Numbered from the stretch's first letter, positions 1 to 10,794 are shown. The stretch: DNA of 64,000 nucleotides from Candidatus Bathyarchaeota archaeon (GCA_963833125.1 CAWHWX010000012.1:32001-96000), one strand, 5' to 3'. Numbers and translations are program-made. The notes: generated by a model not told the origin, from the letters alone.

Positions 1-371
1 CACAATTATCAGGAGAGAAATATGCCCTACCATTACTATGTAAGCCTAGTGTGCCCGATTGATTTTTACAAGAATGATAATCGACCGATTGAGCAGCTTC
101 CTTGTAATCGTGTCTTCCCACGCTTGAGGCGTATTCAAGGTGACTAACTGCCGGGAGGGAGTTTCTGTGGTTAGGATTTCGGATCTAGGGGGCGCTATTT
201 GAGCAGACTGGACCGTATTTTCATCCAGAAATTGGGTATCGTGTCTATTTTTACACTCCCCTGCAAACTTTCGACACGTCATTCGCACATATTGCTCCAT
301 TCTATTACATGGCGTTCCAGCGGTGGAGAAGAGTTTATTCCTGATGTTTCAATTGAACCCGTCGATAACCC

Positions 372-599
372 ATGTCATATATTGCGGTTCCGAGGCCTCC
401 GATAGCGGCCACCTGTTATGTACCCGCACCATGCGCTATACCACAACCACCCGAAGTCTACTATCAACCGCCGCCTCAAGCAGCGGCATACCAGCCACCC
501 CCACAAACCTACCTTTACCAGCCACCCCCGGTTGCATACAGTGTAGCGTCGCCTCCGCAGGTCTACTACTATCAACCGCCAATGGTCAAGGTCCAGTAA
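372..599 (+). CDS. Small Pro/Tyr/Gln-rich low-complexity protein (YQPP repeats)
   Basis: 75-aa ATG ORF with four YQPP(P) units, ending convergently just before tiaS; no family recognised. Confidence 0.5.
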   Translation: MSYIAVPRPPIAATCYVPAPCAIPQPPEVYYQPPPQAAAYQPPPQTYLYQPPPVAYSVASPPQVYYYQPPMVKVQ

Positions 600-638
600 G
601 AACTGGACGAAACCGCGGCACGGTTTAGTTACCTGAAG

Positions 639-1968
639 TCAGGGTCTGTGCCAGGTCCCTATTGGCGTCTCCTTTCTCCACCTCCTCTTTTCAAACCCGT
701 AACGAGTCAGGGGTTTTGTTAAATGCCTCTGCGCCTTCTTATCAGGAAGATATAGCCCAGGCCGAATGACTCTGGGTCTTCTAAGAAATTGTTTCGATTC
801 ATGTGAATAGCTCAACTTGCATCTTACACACCTGAAGCCCTGAGTTTGGCCTACAGATTTCATGTGTTTCCCGCAAAGGGGACATCGGGGATTCTCAACC
901 GCAATATCATTACCGAGCCGGCGGATGATGAGTTTCTCAAGGTTCACTGTGAGTGGATGTCTGACATCGTTCTTTTTGACTCCACCATAGACTGTGACCT
1001 GATCCCCGGGAACCAACCCCGCGACTACTTCCTTGAACTTCCCGGTTGGTTCGAAGGCTGCGCAGTGCACAATACTATTCTTGTGTTTGAGTTGGAAGAA
1101 GACGTGCCCTCCGGAGATTCGCGTGGGCCGTTCGAGTACCTCTACCACTTAGTATGACTGGTCGGTTCGGTTCTATGTGTTTGTTGAGTGCGCTGTTTGG
1201 AAAATGTGCGTCGGTGCCGTGATTCGTGCGGAATATCACCCATCGCTCGACGGGTTCTCGAATACGGATGAGCCTAAACGCTCTAACAACCGCCTCGGGG
1301 GTTTCCCCTCGTAAGCCTAGTAGTACAGGATCTGGTCCATGAGGTGTAACAAGAATCCTTCTATTACTGGAATCATAGTTGTTGAACGTTTCTGGCGTAG
1401 TCATCCGATCCATCCTCACTACCGAATCCCCATCAACAAGTCTTGGCTTGCCGCGGTTGTGAGGTTCTCTGTAAGCAATCAACTCGAAAGTATGGTCGCC
1501 GTTCAAGGTTTGTCCTAACGCTGATAGGGCGCCCACCAAACCGAGCGTATTACCATAACATACCGCTGAAGCCTTGGATTTCTTGATCGCCCGTACCGCC
1601 TTGTGCGACGAAACGATATCAGTCAAGGCTTCACGTGACAATTCTTTGATCGCAGGTGTAGGGTTGCCTCGGAGCAGTACAACCGCTGGGTCGGTACCTT
1701 CGTCCCCCAGCTGGCAATTTTCTTCCACTGTCCGAATTACCGTCTCCCGAACAAATTCGTAGGTGTCGTTTGGAACCTCGACTCTTAGAGCTACTGCTGC
1801 ATTTCCTCGGGTCTTGAATGGGATGTTAGGGTTTAGGCGTACGATGTTAGGATAGTCAGTGAACTGGATCCTTTGTTGAGAAAATCTGTCAACTAAGAGG
1901 GCTGCGATGTAGGTTGTGCAACCGCCTTTTGTGGAATCTGTGTCGTCGATTCCAATATGCAATTTCAC
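639..1968 (-). CDS. tiaS: tRNA(Ile2) agmatinylcytidine synthetase (frameshifted near 1140)
   Basis: N-term HIGIDDTDS..GGCTTY, RLNPNIPFKTRGN, PHGPDPVLLGLRG, FRTNHGTD; the second ORF has the OB fold (CAAFEPTG), a CPLC..CVRC zinc ribbon and RHLTKPL. Confidence 0.93.
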
Positions 1969-2027
1969 GAAGTATGACCCGGTGTATGTTCTAACGGGAA
2001 TGACCCGTTAGTTTAGGGGTTAAGAGT

Positions 2028-2267
2028 TTAGGCTCCTTCTACGACTATCATGGTCAGGGTCGATCGGACCTTGTCGAGCCTGCGGATTTTCCAGGTTACG
2101 ATTTCTTTGAGTTTGTCCATTGATTCGGCTTCGACCTTAGCCACAACATCATAGACGCCGTAGACGACGTACGATTCCTTTACGTTACTTAGTTTCCTTA
2201 GCTCTTTGAGAACCTCGTCTTCCGAACCGATTTCGGCGTTAATCAGCACAAAGGCGAGTGGCATCAC
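2028..2267 (-). CDS. Lrp/AsnC ligand-binding (RAM) domain protein
   Basis: AFVLIN..G.E..V...L....V.E...VYGVYDVVAKVE...IRRL..V.ST.TMIV pattern. Confidence 0.9.
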   Translation of the reverse strand: MMPLAFVLINAEIGSEDEVLKELRKLSNVKESYVVYGVYDVVAKVEAESMDKLKEIVTWKIRRLDKVRSTLTMIVVEGA

Positions 2268-2333
2268 GAAACCTCGTAGTGGATTCCTTGTGTACTGCTA
2301 AAAAGGGTTTCCTAAACTTCGAAAGCGGATGAG

Positions 2334-2552
2334 TCAACCGACGGTTAGGTCATCTTCTCCGCGGGTCCGCAATATCTTGGCGTTAGGTGAGTTCTCTTCC
2401 AGAATAGCAATATTTTCGATTGACCATGTTTTCGTGAGTCCACTCGACTGCAGGTGTTGGCGGATCTCATCTATGAGTTCGCTTGTCTCCGACGGATCGC
2501 CTTTCGTGGATTGAACCAGAGTAACTAATGCAATTTTGGCCGAGGTTGGCAC
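2334..2552 (-). CDS. Small hypothetical protein
   Basis: 72-aa ORF with GGAG upstream, co-oriented with the Lrp gene. Confidence 0.5.
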   Translation of the reverse strand: MPTSAKIALVTLVQSTKGDPSETSELIDEIRQHLQSSGLTKTWSIENIAILEENSPNAKILRTRGEDDLTVG

Positions 2553-2786
2553 TAGCTCCTAACGATTTTATTTCTTAGAATATACGTCTTTGCGAGTAAT
2601 CTAATCCGTGAATATGTCTTATGGCATGACAGAGCAGGGTCTCAAGCCAAAGTGAGCTGTAATCGAAGTCAATTCGAAGTGCTCATCGCAGGGCTTCTAA
2701 GAAATTGCAGCATTTAGTTACAATTCACGGCCATAGTGTCCCGCAACATTTACCAGAGTGGTTGATCCGAGGATCGAGAGTTCAAC

Positions 2787-4324
2787 TTGATACGTGATTC
2801 ACCAATGAGTTCAGTCGAAGCAAGTATCTTGGACAGAAACTCGGAATACCTCGGAGTTTCAACTCTTCAATTGATGGAGAATGCGGGACGTTCAGTAGCG
2901 GACGTGATCTCTGCTCGATTTGGGACCGCTAGTTCAGTCATCATTTACTGTGGGGTGGGAAGAAATGGTGGCGACGGAATGGTGGCCGCTAGACATTTGG
3001 CAGCAAGGAAATTCAAGTCACTTTGAGACTAGTAGGAGACGCCAGGACCATCACTGATCCTATCGTCCTTCAGAACTGGTTCGCTTTGAGGTCCATGTCT
3101 TCCTCGGTCAAGATTGAGGAGTGCCGAGATTCTTCATCGCTGTCAGAATCCGATTCTGATGTTTTGGTTGACGCCGTGCTCGGGACAGGCGTTAAGGGTA
3201 GACTTCGCCAACCAATCTTGAGGGCTGTCCAAGTAATCAACGCAAGCCGAGGTTTCAAGTTGGCAGTGGACGTTCCGACCGGAATAGATTCCGACACGGG
3301 GGAAGTATTGGCGAGGCTGTCCATGCCAACGTGACAGTGACGTTTCACTGCGATGAAAAGTGGCCTCAGGAAAGCGGCAAGTTTCTGCGGCGAGATTAAC
3401 GTAGCCGATATAGGTATTCCGCCTGAAGCCGGAATCTTCGCTGGTCCTGGAGATGTTGAAGCAGTTAGGGTCCGAAGACTCCCTGAAGCGCATAAAGGGC
3501 AGTTCGGCAGGCTTCTAGTCATTGGTGGTAGTGAAACATTTAGCGGGGCTCCATCTCTCGTTGCTCTCGGCATACCGCACTGGAACAGACCTCGTTTTCG
3601 TAGCAGCCCCCGAGAAGACAGCCCAAGTAGTCTCGCGCACTCTCACCAAACTTGATTTCCATTAAACTACCGGGCGAGTGCTTAGCCGTCGCCCACATAC
3701 CGTATCGCTTCGCGAGCACATCGATAAGGCTACTGCGATTGTAATGGGCCCTGGATTAGGAAAGAGTACCAAGACGATCTCCGCTGTTCGATCGATTGCT
3801 ACCAATAATACAGGAGTCAAGGAAACCGCTTCTGCTAGACGCCGACGCCTTGAGATGCCTACGGAGTTGTAAAGAGGAAATCATTCGACAGCTCAACCGT
3901 ACTCACTCCTCATGGAGGAGAGTTTCAAGCCATGTCAGGAAAAATGCCATCAAAAGATCTGAAGATCAAGGTCGAGTGAGGTGAAAGAGTTTGCTGCAAA
4001 GAGCGGAGCTGTAACTCTCATGAAGGGACTACGGACGTGATATCAGATGGGGAGCATGTAAGGTTGAATGATACTGGCAACCCGGGAATGACCGTCGGCG
4101 GCACCGGAGACGTTCTTTCGGGCATCGTAGCCGGACTCATGTCGCAAGGGGTTAACACATTTAGCGCCGCAGTCGCAGGAGCATTCATTAACGGTGCAGC
4201 AGGCGACTTGGCAGAAGAACGGTTCGGTTACCACCTAATAGCAACTGATCTTGTAGAATACATACCAAAAGTCATGAACGATCCAATGTGTCATAAGGAG
4301 ATCCACGAAAAACGACTGCGATAA
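2787..4324 (+). CDS. nnr: Bifunctional NAD(P)H-hydrate epimerase/dehydratase (several frameshifts)
   Basis: LMENAG, GRNGGDG, DAVLGTG, AVDVPTG, HKGQFGRLLVIGGS, GPGLG, LDADAL, GNPGMTVGGTGDVLSG motifs distributed over consecutive frames. Confidence 0.92.
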
Positions 4325-4328
4325 ACCA

Positions 4329-4870
4329 ATGCAGTTCGATCTGCGAAAAAAATGTTACTCGTCCCCACGATTATATGTGCTTCAACTACGCCAAGATGAC
4401 CCTAAGAAATGCACCGCCGCAAAACTAGTGAAGTTCAGACTTGCGAGGCCTCTCTACAGAGTTAGACAAGTACGACCTGAAACAGTCTAACGCTGAACCC
4501 GTTCGCCCAAATGTCCATGTTGAACAAGGATAGGGTTCAAGGCCTGAAACTACGGATTGGTCGCAATCGACTGCTCATGGGAGAGAATGCGAGACGACGT
4601 TCTCGGACCGGCTGCCGGGGCGAAACATCAGGCTTCCAACTTTGCTTGCCTCGAATCCTGTCAACTACGCAAAACCGAATAAGTTGTCATCACATAGAGG
4701 CCCTGGCAGCAAGCTTGTACATAATGGGTTTCCGAGAACAAGCCAGCAAATTACTCTCGCTCTTCAAATGGGGACCACATTTCCTCACACTAAACGCCCA
4801 ACCTCTCGAAGCATACTCCTCCGTAACAGATGAAGAACAACTGGTCAGAGTAGAGTCGGAATATTTCTGA
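4329..4870 (+). CDS. tsr3: 16S rRNA aminocarboxypropyltransferase Tsr3 (DUF367), frameshifted
   Basis: Manual translation from ATG 4329 gives QDDPKKCTAAKL; later frames give AIDCSW, LASNPVNYAKPNKLS, EALAASLYIMG, FKWGPHFLTLN. Confidence 0.88.
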
Positions 4871-4899
4871 ATTAGAGCCGAGCGGGTCTGGCTTAGTAT

Positions 4900-5154
4900 T
4901 TGAAGGTAATGAGTAAATACTCCACTATCCCTCGCTGGCTAGATTTCGTTATGGACAGAGCAATGGTCTTATCGGGATTATTCCTAGTTCTCGCGGGACT
5001 TACGGGGATAGTTTACGGTGCTGGAGTAAACCTTCAAGGAATGCTAGCTAGAGGTGCCACCGACTATTCCTTCATCACTGCCTACATAACCGAATGGACA
5101 CTCATCCTGTTTGCGGGACTTACCCTGACTATCGCGGGTATCAAAAGAAAATGA
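4900..5154 (+). CDS. Small two-TM membrane protein
   Basis: Two hydrophobic segments and a basic C-terminus. Confidence 0.55.
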   Translation: MKVMSKYSTIPRWLDFVMDRAMVLSGLFLVLAGLTGIVYGAGVNLQGMLARGATDYSFITAYITEWTLILFAGLTLTIAGIKRK

Positions 5155-5554
5155 ACGCCCATTGCCTCTAATCTGGAAGATTCCGCAAGAAATACGCAGT
5201 TTTCTTAGATAACAATGGTATTGGAATGCATTGTGTAATTCATTTCTATACTTGCAGGTTTTCTGCTACTAACCTCACGGATACACCAGAAAAACCGCAC
5301 ACGCGCGGGTGTGATAACTGACGAAAAACCGGGGTTGATCCTCGTTATCAACCCAAATTCGACGTTAGAATTATGAAGTTCGTGGTCGATGAAGTCACAA
5401 ATCCCGGACTTCTAACGAAGACCACCTACTGCTTGTTGTCAAAATCCGTGTTCGTATGTTAGAATGCAATAGCACAACGATAGCAATAGCCTCCTCGGGC
5501 GGTGTAACCGATTATATTCGGCTTTGCGAGGTCAACCTTCGAGTTTGATGTTTC

Positions 5555-5947
5555 ATGTTGACTTATGATTGGCGGAAGTTTCTTGTGGGGATTGCACTCG
5601 TTACTTTTACAATCACGATGGCAACTAACTTGGCTTATGGGCAAAATCCTCCTCCCACCATAAGCTACTCCCCTGCGACTCCCTTAGCAAATCAGCCCAT
5701 ACAATTCGATTACTCTGGCGGAGGTCCAACTAGTCTCGCTATCTATGCTGGACGTAACTGCCCAGGGATGGAAGGCAGCAGTTCTAGTTCTCCCATTGTA
5801 ACTCTAACTGTCCCAAAGGGAGGAACCGTAACTCTACTGGGAGGGTTGCCTGCGGGGTCGTATAGTGCGGGAACCATTTCGACAGTCTTCAACTACCGAG
5901 GATATGTTGTCTGCAACAATTTCTCAGTGATTAATTCCGGTGGCTGA
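5555..5947 (+). CDS. Secreted/surface protein with signal peptide, beta-rich
   Basis: N-terminal RK + hydrophobic stretch + AYG, followed by S/T/G-rich Ig-like sequence. Confidence 0.6.
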   Translation: MLTYDWRKFLVGIALVTFTITMATNLAYGQNPPPTISYSPATPLANQPIQFDYSGGGPTSLAIYAGRNCPGMEGSSSSSPIVTLTVPKGGTVTLLGGLPAGSYSAGTISTVFNYRGYVVCNNFSVINSGG

Positions 5948-5968
5948 GCTAGTCTTCAAGAACTGAAA

Positions 5969-6022
5969 CGGGTTGGCGTGTTGGCCGTAACCCACCTTCT
6001 GTTTTAGGCGACATTCATCTAA
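5969..6022. repeat. 54-bp direct repeat, displaced att copy (3' end of RNase P RNA gene)
   Basis: cgggttggcgtgttggccgtaacccaccttctgttttaggcgacattcatctaa, identical to 15427..15480. Confidence 0.97.
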
Positions 6023-6906
6023 ACAGCCCGAATAATCCTCTCGTAAGCACTACAGCTTATGGAAATCCTCTCAATCCACTTGAGCTTCTTGACGAATTCA
6101 GTAAATTCTGTAGAGTGGACTTGCAACTTGCAAAAGAGACTATTGAGCGTTACAAAGGAATAATGAGATGCTTCTCGAAATCGTTTCCAAATGATCTAAG
6201 GCAAGCGACAGACTGATGATCTTCGAAACTATATGCTTGAAAAGTACTCTCGATTCTCCACCCAACAGCAGAGCTAACATAATTTGTGGTTTTCGTTGCT
6301 TCTACAGAAGCTTTCTTGGTTCAACAATAACCGACAGTTTTCGTTATCCACGAGCACCCTTCACTCCTAAAGAAGCTCCAAGCACTGAAAACATGAGACT
6401 CTTCTATAGTGCTATCACAAAACCAGTACACAAACTCCTATTCCTTTTGCTTGCAACTAGCGGATTACGTGAGATGGAAATTCTATCTTTACGCTACGAA
6501 GACTTGGACATATCCAGAAGAGCAATCATTCCCAAGAATCATGAAGGTTCAACCAAGAAAGTCGTGGCGCTCTTTCTACTCTCCCGAATGCGATCAACTG
6601 CTAAAAGATCATGTAGCATCGAAAGAAACTTGGCAAGGAAATGAGCAACTCTTCAATCTGCTACCTCAAGGCCTTCGTCACGTCTTCGAGAAGGCGAGCA
6701 AACAGTGTGGATTCAAAATTAAGCCTAAAGATTTGCGAGATTGGTTCGCAGACAGGATGGGCAGTCTAGGCCTTCAAGACAGGTATGTGGACGCGTTTTA
6801 AGGTAGAGCCCCTAAGTCGATCCTAGCTAGACATTACTCTGACTTCAGAGTTGACAAGATGAAAATCGTCTACGAATCAGCCAACCTACGCCTATTTGAA
6901 AGATGA
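5971..6906 (+). pseudogene. Tyrosine integrase C-terminal part (intC), with frameshifts and an in-frame TAA
   Basis: Frame open from the att repeat: ...DEFSKFCRVDLQLAKETIERY; then LLATSGLREMEILSL, STKK, PKDLRDWFADRM, DAF*GRAPKSILARHYSDF (R-K-KxxR-Y catalytic set); no start codon of its own upstream of the core-binding region. Confidence 0.88.
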
Positions 6907-7279
6907 ACGCAATTGACCAATCTACGCTGGCTCAAATGGGCCACCGTCGAAGCATTTCCGAGACAAAGGATTACAGGTTCAGATGCGGTCGATAAAGCTG
7001 GGCAATGTTGCGATAGATGGTGAAGTACAAGGAAAAGGCTGGAAGATGGCCTTGGAGCTGAAGACTCTGCGGGACGATATTACACGCGGGATAGGACAAC
7101 TTGCTGAAGCATTAGCCTACGGGTACAATTGTGCGGCGATGGTTACGACCCAACGTAATGCAAAGGACATTGATTCTAAGGTCTTCGACAAGCTGGGCTT
7201 AATTCTACTAGGTGTGAATGCGAAAGGAGAAGTCAAACTATTTTATCCGACTTATGCGGTTGCGAGTTCGATGGAATAG
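6903..7279 (+). CDS. Small PD-(D/E)xK nuclease-fold protein (5' part frameshifted)
   Basis: IDGEV...ALELK...ITRGIGQLAEA motif; ATG at 6903 overlaps the integrase stop. Confidence 0.65.
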
Positions 7280-7533
7280 CTGTCATTTACCCTTCGTAAC
7301 TGGTCGTAATAAACAAAATTCGATGAGGTAACGTCAACTTGTCGGTTGCTGGATTTTACATTTTGGGTGTAAAGATTCGGTTGCTGGACTCCTACAACCG
7401 CTTGTCTCTGTAGACTCCTTCATACCTCTAGTTCTCATATACTTCGGTTATCACGGTTGGTGCTCGAAAGAAATCCGGTTTCCTTCAATGATGAAGGGGT
7501 TAGATTTGCTTTGAACTGTTAGCCCAACTGATC

Positions 7534-7932
7534 TTGCCAGCAATCAGTTCGTTGTTGGCAGTATTCATTGGGTTCTGGCTTGAGCACCGATCTGTAAAGC
7601 AAATGAATCAAGAACGTTCAAACACATACCTCAAAGGACTCACCAACGAAATTTCAGAAGCAATTGATCTATTGAAACCCAAGCCTCATCCGTTACAACT
7701 CTTGCCGGTTGATCTCTGGCAATCAGCCGTCAATTCTGGCGATGTTGCGCTTTTCCGTTATGAAGCAAGAGAGGACTTACGAAAAGCCTACTTCGCTATA
7801 ATGAAGTGCAACTATCAATTCACTAGAATAAAGGAATTGGAGAAAAATTCTGGATTGAAGCGGATACATCTGAAAAAGGGCAGCGGATTTCAGCGGCTTG
7901 GCGTGCAGAAACAGACCAAGCTGATTACATGA
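7534..7932 (+). CDS. Hypothetical protein with N-terminal TM anchor
   Basis: Hydrophobic N-terminus then a helical domain; probably extends further through a frameshift. Confidence 0.5.
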   Translation: MPAISSLLAVFIGFWLEHRSVKQMNQERSNTYLKGLTNEISEAIDLLKPKPHPLQLLPVDLWQSAVNSGDVALFRYEAREDLRKAYFAIMKCNYQFTRIKELEKNSGLKRIHLKKGSGFQRLGVQKQTKLIT

Positions 7933-8045
7933 CCGAAAGCACTCTCTCCTACCTACTGGGTCTTTCTAAGAAATCATGGTTCATTGAGGCAATCAGGTAC
8001 AAGCCCGACTAAGTTCGATTTATCAATATTTGCTATTTTTTCGTC

Positions 8046-8435
8046 CTATGGAGGTCCGAATTTGCTTCCTGCTTCGGAAATCAGCTGATTAAGAACGAAT
8101 ATCGTATTTTCGATAACGATTTCTACTGGCTTCTGCGGGTAACCTTGGAAATGAGCAACCACTAGAGCGCTTGGAACCGGAACTGGATTAACATGTGGGG
8201 GAACTGGTGGGAAAGTCGAGCTAGTGATGACGATTGTTCCTGACATATTAACTGCGTCGTGTAGACTCACCAGATAATGATAATCCACTGATGCTCGATG
8301 TGCTTCGATGTGTCGAACCTTCAAGAGTACTGATGCGTCCTTATTTCGCCCAATTGTTCGGCGCTTCTTTTGAGACCACGCCAAGAAATCTATGGCCTTT
8401 TCATTCTTCGTGGCTTTTGCTTTTGACTCAAACAT
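8046..8435 (-). CDS. Hypothetical protein (possibly partial)
   Basis: 129-aa ORF within the island, no recognised motif. Confidence 0.45.
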   Translation of the reverse strand: MFESKAKATKNEKAIDFLAWSQKKRRTIGRNKDASVLLKVRHIEAHRASVDYHYLVSLHDAVNMSGTIVITSSTFPPVPPHVNPVPVPSALVVAHFQGYPQKPVEIVIENTIFVLNQLISEAGSKFGPP

Positions 8436-8663
8436 TTCGCTATTTTCAGATAATCATTCGTACTTATGCCGTGGCGAATATTTTTTCGCATAATCGTACA
8501 GAAGATGCTCATTGGAACCGTATAGGGCTGAAACGCAAGCAGATGTGTAGTATCGGAACTCAGCTGATGTGGGAGAAACCGACTGTAGCTTGTTGAAGAA
8601 AGTTTTGGCTTCCTCCAATCTTCTTTCGCGCGCTCATGAAGTAATGCTTTGAGATTGGCTCAT

Positions 8664-9203
8664 TTAGGTATTTGCATCGGCTTTACCTGTAAAAGAATTT
8701 TGAATAGTGGCCTTGACCAGTGCTGGTGGAGTTACAACTTGTGTATGGTCTAGTCTGAGCCTCTGTTCTATCTCTTTTTTCTCGTTTATGAAGTGCCGTT
8801 TATCTAGGCTAACGAAAAATGCAATCTGATTCGCCGTGAGGTATTCGGCTATGTCTCTGTCCGATTCCTTCTGGGGAAAGTTCGGGAAGTTCGGTTTCTG
8901 GTCGAGCCGTGCTTCATCTAATCTTGCTTTTCCCAAGTCAGCAGGGGTTCGAGGCAACTTAGGAAGACGCAGTTCTTCAATGAGGCATAACGCATTTTGA
9001 GCTTTAGTCAGTCTGGACGGATCACTAAGGAGTTTGCGAAGTTCATCCTCGACTTGGAGAGAAGTTACAATTTCGATATTCCCAGTTCGATGAGACTCAA
9101 CTAGCGTCTTAACTGCTAACTCGATTTCTTTCTGGTCAGTTCTTTCAACCGAAGAGTCGTATAGCCCCATCCAAACCGAGGTATCAAAATATGCAGTAAT
9201 CAA
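8664..9203 (-). CDS. PIN-domain (VapC-like) nuclease
   Basis: YFDTSVW N-terminal motif, TSLQVEDEL, D.D.A, FVSLDKRHF acidic residues. Confidence 0.8.
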   Translation of the reverse strand: MITAYFDTSVWMGLYDSSVERTDQKEIELAVKTLVESHRTGNIEIVTSLQVEDELRKLLSDPSRLTKAQNALCLIEELRLPKLPRTPADLGKARLDEARLDQKPNFPNFPQKESDRDIAEYLTANQIAFFVSLDKRHFINEKKEIEQRLRLDHTQVVTPPALVKATIQNSFTGKADANT

Positions 9204-9204
9204 T

Positions 9205-9368
9205 TGATCGATCCTTCTTGGTGGCGTTTTGGATTAGGGTTAACCACTTATTTTCTCCTTCGACTTTGATTCCTGCCGCCTCCGCGGATGTTTTGCCGTC
9301 TAAGGCCATGTGTGATTTTTACGAAATTGTGGTAAATTCTCATTCCAGCCAAAATTGGCGTGTCAGCT
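9205..9368 (-). pseudogene. C-terminal remnant of an archaeal DDE (IS6/rve-like) transposase
   Basis: Manual translation: DTPILAGMRIYHNFVK / HMALDGKTSAEAAGIKVEGENKWLTLIQNA, matching the remembered Y-HN..RPH..L.GKTPAE..GI...W..LIQNA tail. Confidence 0.65.
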
Positions 9369-9411
9369 TCTCGACCGTTTGAATACATGCTGGTGCTTGT
9401 ACAAACCTTAG

Positions 9412-9936
9412 TTATCCTGAGCGTTTAACTCGGATATTTCTGGCAAGGTTTTCTCTACAGAATTTCACAGCTCTGTTGTCAAGCAACCGTCCAAAATCAG
9501 CGTAAAACACTTGGTCTATTCTTGAGCCATAACATTCCACCACTCTCACTGTTGGCATAACATGCCGTTTTTTGATTTCGCTCTCTATTGCGTTAGCTCG
9601 ATTACACCCGTCAACAATCAAACGTAAGTTCGCACTTATGTGAAAAGCAGAAAGCAATAACATGTTTCTATCGGATTTAAGTTTAGTCGGTTCTTCCTTC
9701 GCGTGTTTGCGTAACGAATAGTTCACGCTCCCGGCATCATCATAATTTAAGCCGCCCTTATACCAAGGTAAGAAACAATTCTTGCGGAAACGCGCCCAAT
9801 CTCTCTTATTCCGCATGAATCCTTCTCTAACTCTAATGTCATCGCTCCACAGATCGGGTCGCCATAAGACATCTATTTCGTTGCTGTGCTCTAGAAACTG
9901 TGCTGATTCTACCTCAGGCCAACCTGCCCATGACAT
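9412..9936 (-). CDS. Hypothetical protein with ParB/Srx-like motif
   Basis: LIVDGCNRANAI resembles the ParB/Srx DGxHR signature. Confidence 0.5.
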   Translation of the reverse strand: MSWAGWPEVESAQFLEHSNEIDVLWRPDLWSDDIRVREGFMRNKRDWARFRKNCFLPWYKGGLNYDDAGSVNYSLRKHAKEEPTKLKSDRNMLLLSAFHISANLRLIVDGCNRANAIESEIKKRHVMPTVRVVECYGSRIDQVFYADFGRLLDNRAVKFCRENLARNIRVKRSG

Positions 9937-10232
9937 GTGTTCAGCCAGCTGTTCTCAGGCTGTCCACTGCGCTTCACCTTGTAGCGGCGCACCTCCGCTC
10001 GCGTTAAGGAGTGGATTCATGGAAGATTGAACGGTCATCGCGGATAAAGCCCTACATATATTATGTAGGAAAAGGCTCAATAAAGGACCTTCATAAAGGC
10101 GATAAAGGAACGAAATCAAGAAACGAATTAATTACTATTCCCATAACGGAAGGAATCTAGCCAAGTCCATGCGTGCTACGGGTGCTCGCAGGGTTCATCG
10201 TGACATTTACCGCTGTACGGGTCCCATCTTGC

Positions 10233-10436
10233 TCAAAGTTTCTTATCTGCAATAATCCACTGGTTTTGTCTGCCCACTCTTTTCATTTTCACGAGGTTTT
10301 CCGCCATAAGCTTGTAGAGTTGTAGCTGCGCGGTGTTCCAAGATACTCCCAATTCTTTCGCTACCATCTCAGTGGTTACAGGCCAATCCTGCTTTCGCAG
10401 ATATTCTAGGGTTTTCTTGCTCAGTTCCTTAGCCAT
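10233..10436 (-). CDS. Winged-helix DNA-binding protein
   Basis: PVTTEMVAKELGVSWNTAQLQLYKL....V....VGR. Confidence 0.85.
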   Translation of the reverse strand: MAKELSKKTLEYLRKQDWPVTTEMVAKELGVSWNTAQLQLYKLMAENLVKMKRVGRQNQWIIADKKL

Positions 10437-10544
10437 CGAAACTCGAACTATGACACATCATATGATATAGTTTAATTCAGTGCCCCAAAGTAAAAGTATG
10501 ACGAATCATAAGTTTGACCATAGTTACTGCAGAAGACCAGCCTC

Positions 10545-10794
10545 ATGCCAAGTCATCGCGTGCACAGAGCGATTACAACTCGCAGTCTTAGGAAAGCCGC
10601 ATGACAAGGTGCATAAAGCGATTGATTATCCGTATAAGTTTCTAGGCCCAAAACACAGAATTTTGTTTCACGACCCCATCACAGCAGTCATCGTGGCAAG
10701 AACAGCGTCAAAAGAGAAAGGGGCAGGCCTAGCAGCGGTCTTGCATATTGCTACGGACTGGCTCTTTCTCTTTGCAGGAGTGCAAAACTCTTAG
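10545..10794 (+). CDS. Small His-rich putative metal-dependent hydrolase (frameshift near 5' end)
   Basis: MPSHRVH then HDKVH..ID.P...LG..HR.LFHD...HIATD: clustered His/Asp ligands. Confidence 0.55.

Noticed and set aside
4900-5947. Part of the integrated element
   Set aside because: It lies outside the att repeat; it may be older accessory DNA, but no boundary supports that.
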